Shown: in pieces, positions 1 through 7,600 of the stretch
Numbering within the stretch: position 1 is the stretch's first letter
Layout: every line of letters begins with the position of its first letter
Assembly (NCBI RefSeq): GCF_008000775.2
Contig: NZ_CP042905.2
Location: forward strand, 1,980,001-2,012,000
Length of the DNA: 32,000 nucleotides
Reading direction: 5' to 3'
From: Promethearchaeum syntrophicum
GTDB taxonomy: Archaea; Asgardarchaeota; Lokiarchaeia; Sigyniarchaeales; Promethearchaeaceae
The notes under the pieces: model-generated
Told to the model about the DNA's origin: nothing
The model's database searches: none
The model's input: only the letters and a program-made list of their open reading frames with translations
Position numbers and translations under genes: made by a program

Positions 1-1512
1 CCAAATTCAGGTAGATTTTCTATTGGTAGTAAAAGCCCACTTACAAGAGGTATAAAAGAAGCTAATGTTGGGGGACTTGCTCCCACGCTTTTATGTAAGA
101 CTGGCATAAAAGCAATTATTTTTGAGGGAAAAGCATCCAATTGGCAGTTATTGAAAATCGAAGATGAGAAAATCGAATTAATTAATGCCGACCCTTATAT
201 TGGAATGAATAATTATGAATTAGATTTAGAACTTTCTAAGCGATATGAAGGCAAAATTGGTGTTTTTAGTATCGGAATTGCAGGAGAGAAGCAATTAAAA
301 GCTGCTTCAATTGCTTCCATGGATCTTGAAGGATATCCTTCACGTCATGCAGGAAGAGGAGGTTTAGGGGCTGTAATGGGATCAAAAAAGTTGAAAGCGG
401 TAGTCATAATTCAACCGAAAAAAAACCAAATTAGTTATCATGATAAAAAATCTTTCCAACAAGTTGCATTAAAATGGGGAAAACACCTTCAAGAAACTAA
501 AAAAGGATTCTCCAAATTTGGAACGTTAATGGGATTAATGACGATGGATAGTGTACATGGTCTACCAACTCAGAATTTCCGAAGCGGCTCTTTTAAAGAT
601 GCAGAAAAAATCTCAGGGGAAGCTTTACACGAATATCTATTGCAAAATAATGGAAAATTTAGTGTTTCTTGTAGCCCGGGATGCATGATTCGGTGTTCTA
701 ATATCGTTTTTGATAAGAAAGGAAACCATATCACATCTAGTTTAGAGTATGAAACTGTTGCACTAAATGGTTCAAATTTACTAATTAATGATATCGAAAA
801 ACTTGCAATTATTGATCATATTTGCGATGATTTAGGTTTGGATACAATTGAAGTTGGAAACACATTAGCCGTTTTTATGGAGACCGGAATTATTAAATGG
901 GGTGATGCAGATGGTTGTATTGCTTTACTTAAACAAATAAACAACGAGGATAAAAATGCTTTACTTCTTGGAGATGGTGCTGTTGCAGCAGGATCCGCAT
1001 TTAATGTTACACGTGTTGCACAAGTTAAAGGTCAAGGGCTACCTGGGTATGATCCTCGTACATTTAAAGGAATGGGAGTTACTTTTTTAACAAGTCCAAT
1101 GGGGGCAGATCATACAGCGGGAGCTGCAATTGTCAGTCGAACTCCTGATTCGGACCTTGATTACGGAAAGCTTCATACTCCTAAAAATAAGGTAGAATTG
1201 TCAAAAAAATTGCAAATTTTTACGATGATTCTTGATTCTATGGGACAGTGCTATTTTATCGGACCCCATATTAAAAATATGCCAAAAATTGCTGAAATGC
1301 TAAATGCTCGATTTGGATGGAACTTAAGCACAGAAGATTTAATAGATATGGGAAAAAAATGGCTGGTTATTGAACGCGATTTCAATGTCAAGGCTGGTTT
1401 AGGTGCTACGGATAATTTCCCTGCGTTTATTCAAGAAGAAACTCTTCAAGATCTACCAAATAGATCATGGGACATTGAACCAAAAGAAATATTATCCTTT
1501 TGGGAAAAATAA
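1..1512 (+). CDS. aor: Aldehyde:ferredoxin oxidoreductase family (tungstopterin enzyme), 5'-truncated by the window edge
   Basis: Frame 1 is open from base 1 (PNSGRFSIGSKSPLTRGIKEANVGG... precedes the listed Met), so the ORF continues upstream. Family-typical strings are GRGGLGAVMGSKKLKAVVI, EYETVALNGSNL, CDDLGLDTIEVG, VKGQGLPGYDPR, TSPMGADHTAG and the Cys cluster CSPGCMIRC. Confidence 0.85.
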   Translation, partial: PNSGRFSIGSKSPLTRGIKEANVGGLAPTLLCKTGIKAIIFEGKASNWQLLKIEDEKIELINADPYIGMNNYELDLELSKRYEGKIGVFSIGIAGEKQLKAASIASMDLEGYPSRHAGRGGLGAVMGSKKLKAVVIIQPKKNQISYHDKKSFQQVALKWGKHLQETKKGFSKFGTLMGLMTMDSVHGLPTQNFRSGSFKDAEKISGEALHEYLLQNNGKFSVSCSPGCMIRCSNIVFDKKGNHITSSLEYETVALNGSNLLINDIEKLAIIDHICDDLGLDTIEVGNTLAVFMETGIIKWGDADGCIALLKQINNEDKNALLLGDGAVAAGSAFNVTRVAQVKGQGLPGYDPRTFKGMGVTFLTSPMGADHTAGAAIVSRTPDSDLDYGKLHTPKNKVELSKKLQIFTMILDSMGQCYFIGPHIKNMPKIAEMLNARFGWNLSTEDLIDMGKKWLVIERDFNVKAGLGATDNFPAFIQEETLQDLPNRSWDIEPKEILSFWEK

Positions 1513-1566
1513 TCACACAATGTTTTTAGAGAAATATATTTAAGTATATCATCCGAAATATATTAT

Positions 1567-2310
1567 ATGGCCACAACCGTCTTTTTACAAGTCTATTTGA
1601 TATATGGTTTGATTTTTATAATGTTTTCTTACTTTGCGATTAAAGCGTTGATTAGAACACGCAATAGGATATCGATTACTTTGTCTCTTGTTTTCATAAT
1701 TCCTGCTTTGGGAATATTGACAAATATTTTATATAGAGCTATTGATACCTACCAGTTTAATTTAATTGGAAATAAAATCACAATCATTTTATCTTGTTTG
1801 GGATTAATAAATATTTATTTCTTCGTTGAACTCGTTAGCAAATCACAAGCTAGTTTTCCAATATGGAAGCAAATCTTAATATTTGTAATCTATGCTGTAT
1901 TATTATCCGTTTTATTCTTTATACCAAACGGAGTTGAGTTTGAATACAATGGTGTTCCGGGAATAGATGGATATAATAATCGGGATACCATTGATTTAGA
2001 TTTAGGGGTTCCCGTCTGGACTACAGCTTTCTTTTTGTATGGGTTAATCCTCTCTCAAATTGTAATTATTTGGTTGATAGTACTTGTAGTTCAACAATAC
2101 AAAGAATTTGGTAAAGAAAGTGTATATGGGAAAAAATATATTCGTACTGTGATCGGAATGATTCTTATGGATGCAGTCATTGTTGGCAGTTTTATATTTA
2201 ATTGGTTAAATATTCCTGTAGGTCGGACAATTAATTTAGTTGTGGGTATTTTTATATTTCCTGCTGCAATTTTACTTTATCTGGGTTTAAAACAGGAAAA
2301 AGAAGCATAG
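1567..2310 (+). CDS. Integral membrane protein with about 7 predicted TM helices, function unknown
   Basis: 247-aa ORF with an ATG start. I count seven hydrophobic segments by eye (VFLQVYLIYGLIFIMFSYFAI, ISITLSLVFIIPALGILTNIL, ITIILSCLGLINIYFFVELV, ILIFVIYAVLLSVLFFI, VWTTAFFLYGLILSQIVIIWLIVLVV, IRTVIGMILMDAVIVGSFIF, INLVVGIFIFPAAILLYLGL). No family motif recognised. Confidence 0.6.
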   Translation: MATTVFLQVYLIYGLIFIMFSYFAIKALIRTRNRISITLSLVFIIPALGILTNILYRAIDTYQFNLIGNKITIILSCLGLINIYFFVELVSKSQASFPIWKQILIFVIYAVLLSVLFFIPNGVEFEYNGVPGIDGYNNRDTIDLDLGVPVWTTAFFLYGLILSQIVIIWLIVLVVQQYKEFGKESVYGKKYIRTVIGMILMDAVIVGSFIFNWLNIPVGRTINLVVGIFIFPAAILLYLGLKQEKEA

Positions 2311-2312
2311 AA

Positions 2313-2339
2313 TTTTTTATTTTTATTCTTTTTTTTTTA
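2313..2339 (+). terminator. Oligo-T tract, candidate archaeal intrinsic terminator
   Basis: ttttttatttttattctttttttttt lies directly after the stop at 2310. Archaeal RNAP terminates at oligo-T runs. Confidence 0.35.
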
Positions 2340-2594
2340 TTACTTTTGATGCATTCGTTTAGATTTTTTTTTGAAAGCAGTAGTTAAAAACATTAATAAT
2401 GATAATCTCATTTATTGGGATTTCCTTTATTGAGCAATTTTTCCATCTAAATGTAAAAGGCAAGAAAAAATCGAATCTAAAAATCAATTGAAAAATCTAA
2501 GTGGTCAGTTTTAACTACAATTTATATATAGAGAAATTTAAATATGTATAGCAAAAAAAATGGAAATATTCGATTATAGACTAAGTGAATAAAA

Positions 2595-4562
2595 ATGAAA
2601 ATAAAAATCAAATTCTTAACAATAATAATTGGTTTCTTGTTGGGATGCTCAACAATTCTCTCGAGCGTTAACCCAGTGTTTTTTTCTTCAATAATAAAGG
2701 GTGAATTTGAATTACAACCGAATTCTGCAGCACCAGTCTGGGACGAAATAGGGATCGTGATAAATTCCAACTTGGATTTTGTTTCCGAAGCTACAACTGG
2801 TGACGGTTCAGTAGGAAATCCTTGGAGAATTCATGGTAAATATATAAATGCATCAAACGGGGTTGGTATAAACATTACACATACAACTGATTATTTCGTG
2901 GTGGAAGATAGCGTTATTAAAAATGCTTCACATGGGATTTACATTAACAATGTGTCAAATGGGATATTAAAAAATATTACGATTTATAATTGTAGTGAGA
3001 CGGGAATCTTTTTAGATGGTCAATCAAACACTTTTTTTAATGGTGTTCATGAAATTGAGATAAGAGAAAATGTAATTCATGGTATTTCGGGGGCTTCAGA
3101 GAACTCGGGAAACGGAATCCGACTTGATTGGGAGTGTAAGAATAATTACATCTACAATAATACCATATACGATAATTTTGGTACTCAGAACGGAACCGGA
3201 AATGGTATTTACATTGTGGGGGATGCTTTAGATGGTGGTGGGTGTAACAATAACATCATCGAGAATAATTTGATATATGATAATACTGCAACTGTTGCAA
3301 GAAAGGCTGGTAACGGGGTTTTCTTCGATGGAGACTGTATAAATAATGAAATAAAAGGCAATACAATCTTCGGAAGCTCAAGTGTATCCGGTTTTTGGTC
3401 TGGGAATGGAATTTGCTTTTTACAACATTGCTCAGCTAATACTATCTCCAACAATACGATTTATGATAATGAAGGAGGGGTTGAGGGCATTCCATTACAA
3501 GATGGATATTCTGGTAATGGGATTTCAATTTTCTCCGATAACGACTATACAGATATAATTAATAATACAATTCACAGTAGTCATGGAGGAACAAGTAGTT
3601 ATCAAGGGAATGGTATTTATATTACTGACTCGACCAATTGTAATATCAAGGATAATATTATCTATGGAAATATGGCCGGAGATGGGACAGATTCAGGTAA
3701 CGGAATTATGACTCAATTCGCAACCAACCTCAATATTTCAAACAATTATATCTATGAAAATTATGGAAATGATAAATATTATACGGGTAACGGTATTCTT
3801 CTCTCTAGTTATTCTGATAATAGTTATATTGCAGAAAATATAATTCGGGATAGTATTGGTGGAACAAATCAAAGTGGCGGTAATGGGATAATTCTCACAA
3901 ACAGTAATGATAGTATAATTACGCAGAATAATATATCATATTGTACTGGAGATTTTTATATTGAATCAGGATCCGGGATTTTAATCCGAGTTGGTGATAA
4001 TATCAACATTAGTTATAATAAGATAGACTTTTGTTCGGGTTACGCGGTGGAACTTGGATTCTCAGAAAATTGTAATGTAAGTTATAATTCATTTTACGGG
4101 AATGGTGAATATCCTTGTATTTTGAGTTATGTGGATAACATCATTACTCCGAATTATTGCTTGTTTTTGGGCACAATATTGAATTATGTTGATACAGGTA
4201 ATTGGGATGGGATAGCTACTTTAAATTGGACTGGGCCATCATGGGCAGAGTTTTATTACGTCTTTAGGTCGACTTCAGAAATTACTACTGAGAATTATAT
4301 GAATTTAACCCCTATTGCAACTGTGACAACAACAACCTTCACGGATAACTTAACGGAAGAGGGCACATATTATTATGCGATACTGGCAGCAAATGCAACT
4401 TTAAATGGAACTATCTCCAATTGTATTGCAGGAGAAATCCTCATTGCAACCTCAGGAAATGAAATCCCGTTTTCCATCCTTCCGGGATTATTGATGGCGG
4501 TTGTATTTGTTGTGTTTAAAACCTATTGGCTGAAAAAAGTTAAAAAAGTTAATTGCTCCTAA
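2595..4562 (+). CDS. Secreted or anchored right-handed parallel beta-helix (PbH1/NosD-like) surface protein with an FN3-like module and a C-terminal membrane anchor
   Basis: N-terminal signal peptide with a lipobox-like LLGCS. There are nine GNGI and one GSGI at about 30-residue spacing (hand-counted residues 172, 202, 239, 269, 307, 338, 368, 398, 428, 458), embedded in NNxIxxNxIYxN coils. Many N-x-S/T sequons. The C-terminal segment reads PFSILPGLLMAVVFVVFKTYWLKKVKK (hydrophobic helix plus basic tail). Confidence 0.8.
   Translation: MKIKIKFLTIIIGFLLGCSTILSSVNPVFFSSIIKGEFELQPNSAAPVWDEIGIVINSNLDFVSEATTGDGSVGNPWRIHGKYINASNGVGINITHTTDYFVVEDSVIKNASHGIYINNVSNGILKNITIYNCSETGIFLDGQSNTFFNGVHEIEIRENVIHGISGASENSGNGIRLDWECKNNYIYNNTIYDNFGTQNGTGNGIYIVGDALDGGGCNNNIIENNLIYDNTATVARKAGNGVFFDGDCINNEIKGNTIFGSSSVSGFWSGNGICFLQHCSANTISNNTIYDNEGGVEGIPLQDGYSGNGISIFSDNDYTDIINNTIHSSHGGTSSYQGNGIYITDSTNCNIKDNIIYGNMAGDGTDSGNGIMTQFATNLNISNNYIYENYGNDKYYTGNGILLSSYSDNSYIAENIIRDSIGGTNQSGGNGIILTNSNDSIITQNNISYCTGDFYIESGSGILIRVGDNINISYNKIDFCSGYAVELGFSENCNVSYNSFYGNGEYPCILSYVDNIITPNYCLFLGTILNYVDTGNWDGIATLNWTGPSWAEFYYVFRSTSEITTENYMNLTPIATVTTTTFTDNLTEEGTYYYAILAANATLNGTISNCIAGEILIATSGNEIPFSILPGLLMAVVFVVFKTYWLKKVKKVNCS
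3108..4002 (+). repeat. Protein-level repeat array of about 30-residue beta-helix units, each ending in GNGI
   Basis: GGA AAC GGA ATC (GNGI) first occurs at 3108-3119. Ten copies follow at spacings of 30, 37, 30, 38, 31, 30, 30, 30 and 30 residues by hand count. Confidence 0.7.
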
Positions 4563-4597
4563 ACAAAATAGACCCACAGCAAAAATCTAACCATTTG

Positions 4598-4606
4598 GGC
4601 TTTTTT
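4598..4606 (+). terminator. Short oligo-T tract downstream of the beta-helix gene
   Basis: gggcttttttcc lies about 40 nt after the stop at 4562. Confidence 0.3.
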
Positions 4607-4624
4607 CCGATTCTATACTCCTTT

Positions 4625-4643
4625 AAAAAATTGAGAAAAAAAA
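4625..4643 (-). terminator. Oligo-T tracts (minus strand) immediately after the giant gene stop
   Basis: The plus strand reads aaaaaattgagaaaaaaaa, giving T8 and T6 on the minus strand directly downstream of the stop codon at 4644-4646. Confidence 0.4.
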
Positions 4644-7600
4644 TTAAATATCTGGCATCAAATTAAGGAGGGTGGCAATAACTTCTCCCATTTCAGTTAG
4701 GGAATTCCCTTCATTTATTAATTCCTTTGAAAGTAGCGAAGTTATAATTGGCACAACAATTGCAATTTTAGTATTTTTCTTAAGGTGTTTTTCGCTTAGT
4801 GGACCACTCTTATATAATTCTTTTAGAACTAATCTTTCACTATGGGTTAAAGGATCAATCATAGGTTTAAATTGTTCGATGAGATATTGTGTTCGAGGAT
4901 TCACCGCAAATAGAACTTGTTCTTGTCTTAATTTTTCAATCACATTAAAGGTATCTACTTCTTTCCTACCATAACCGGCCATTCTCACTATCATTTCTCG
5001 TAAACGGAATGCATTATTAAAAGATGATTCAGCTTCTTTTATAACTAGCGCAGTTGTAGATTTCTTTTTAACATTGCTTAAATGACTCTTAGCTTTTGAA
5101 GGGATTACATTATGTGGATAAAGCAAATATGCAAATAGAGTCTTTTCAATTAATTCCAAAATCGGCTCAGGACTGGGGATTTGTCCAGAGAAATGTTCTA
5201 CTGTGGACAAATATTTTGTCTCAAATTCGGCATTAAATTGTCTAATTTTGGAGCGTAAAGTAGGACTTGCTGATTTTAATAATAAAACAGCTGTTCTGAC
5301 ATAATATCCTTCAATTACAACAATTTTAAATTGCTGGTAGGATAATTCTTCAAGACCTGTTTTTTTATCACCTATCGCAGCAAATGCGTTCTGTTGAGAA
5401 TCTTCTACCCTATTTCCAATTTCTTTTCCAAAAGTTGATATTGCTGATAAAAATCCACTAATTAATGTTGAATCAATAGGCAATTCAGTGAAAGTTTGTG
5501 AAAATATGCTGGTGCTTGTTTCTTTATGCATAATTAATACATATTGCATATTTTCGATATCTCCAAATCTTCGATGGATATCCAGTAATGCTTTTCTTTG
5601 TCGATTTCGCTTAGGAACTACATAACCTCTATAAATCCCTGCAGAAAGAATTACTACTACCCCAATCCCAATTAAAATTGCTTGAATATTATCAATTATT
5701 AAAATTCCATAGTTTACCACTCTTACTTCATAGTCAATATCTGTATCAGAAGAACTTACACCCGCAAAAATCCCTGATGTCACGAAAACAATTTCTACAG
5801 TAAATTCACCAGTATCATCAAATTGAATTGTTTTTTCAGCAATTCCTTCCTGATTAGTCACCGCTGTATATTGTGATTGAATAATCGAATCACTATCCTT
5901 GACAATAAAAAGGATATTTTTCCCTTCAATACTTACATTGAAATCGTCAGTGAGTCTAACAGAAAAAGCAAATTCACCCGCAAATTTTTGCTGCAAATTA
6001 TTAGATAACATAATCAAGTGCGTAACCATTTGGGGTAAAATTGTAAAATTCATATAAATGACATCACCTGCAATTTTATCTGTCCCTGTGAATATAATTG
6101 TGATGTTTAGCCAAGTACCAGAATCTAAAGAAATTGTATACGGAACCAAAATACTAGCGTTTTCATCAAAGAATCCAGTATAAACTTCATTATCACTATC
6201 ATAATCATATATTACTTCAAATGGTAAACCATAAAAAGTCTCGTTAGTTGATGATGAAACGAAATTTGCAGATATATTCAACTGAATCTCTTGACCCATT
6301 GTAAGAGTATCTGCCAACTCGGTAACATTTAGAACTACATCCCATTTTGGTAACACATCAAAGGTTTTCTCCACACTTGCATACTCTACTGTAGATGTTC
6401 CGGCATAATCCATGAAAAATGTAATATTATCATGGCCATCTGCAATATTAGCTAAATAATAGCTTAACGAACCATTTTGATCTACTGCAATCTGCTGAAT
6501 AAATGTTGGATTAAGAAAATTTCCATCGTACCAAGAGATTAAAGTTAAATAAATCCCAGAATATTGTGTGACGTCTGTAATATTTATTGTTCCATCAATA
6601 GTTATATCATAACCAACTCGTTCTTCGGATGTGTAAATTAAAGATAATGAAACAGGGATTTTTCCCAATATTGTTTTTATTGTGGAATTTAAGGAACCCT
6701 TAACAGTACTATTTCCATAGTAAGTTACGTTTATTTCGATCGAGTCATCTGCGTAATTATAGGGGACGATTTGTGAAAAAGTCGCTATTCCATTTGAATC
6801 TGTTGTTTCTACAATATTGAAAATATCTGTACTTGCATAGGTTATGGTGATAAAAAGATCTGAATCAGGAATTGATGAACCATTAATCATCATTAAATTG
6901 AATTGAATATCTAATGATGAACCTATCCGAATATTCTCAGGCACATTTAAATAGATTTTGGTTGAATTCTTGGAAAATATTTCTAATCCAATTTGAATCC
7001 ACGAAGCATTTGCACAATTATATTTTGAAGCGTTGACCATAAAATCATAAATACCCGGTAGAACATATTCAGTTTCAGTTTCTAAAACGATCTCTGTATG
7101 ATAAACTCCTGAAAAGATGAATGAAAAATTCCCAGATAATGCAATTGAACTATTACTTGCATATATTAATGCCCAAGTTAGATTCGCATCATTTAACGGT
7201 AAAGGGTTAGATTGATCGAGAACATTTCGATAATTCGCATAAAATTCAAAATTTCCTCCTTCATATAACTCCACACTAATACTTGTTGCATCAATATCAG
7301 TCAGAATTGGAAGAATTTCCGTTGATATTTCAATGTAAGTTGAATCATAACCATCAACTGAAGCAGATATAGTAAGGGTATAATTGTATTGTCCAGAATC
7401 CGTAGCATTTAATCCAGTTGCGTCTATGGTGATATTATAGAGACCTTTATCTACAATATTTTGTGTTTCTCGATATACTTCAATGCCATAAAAAACATTT
7501 TCGCTTCCATTGAATTTACCTGATATTATTGCATTTTCCAGTGGGAATTGGTTTGTATGATTTGTTATATTAACCTGAATAATTGAACGCGAAGCATCAT

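Noticed and set aside
1567-2310. The seven-TM, 247-aa protein as a microbial rhodopsin or heliorhodopsin
   Set aside because: The size and helix count fit, but the seventh helix (INLVVGIFIFPAAILLYLGL) has no Lys for a retinal Schiff base. None of the rhodopsin helix-3 or helix-7 motifs are visible.
2311-2594. Recurring AAAATCTAA/TTAGATTTT words in several intergenic regions as a shared regulatory motif
   Set aside because: The same word also occurs inside coding sequence (for example near 15751) and downstream of genes (4581). In DNA of about 30% GC, a 9-mer made of A, T and one C is expected repeatedly. Only the perfect 20-bp palindrome at 24507 was kept.
2522-3454. Minus-strand ORFs 2522-2770 and 3209-3454 overlapping the beta-helix gene and its promoter
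   Set aside because: They are antisense shadows. Their sequences (for example FIFIFIHLVYNRIFPFFLLYIF) reflect poly-A/T tracts, and no motif is present.
4672-4974. Plus-strand ORFs (4672-4974 and 9497-9694) inside the giant minus-strand gene
   Set aside because: They lie entirely antisense to a 5.9-kb ORF that has coherent domain structure. Their translations are low-complexity with no motifs. They are typical shadow ORFs of AT-rich DNA.
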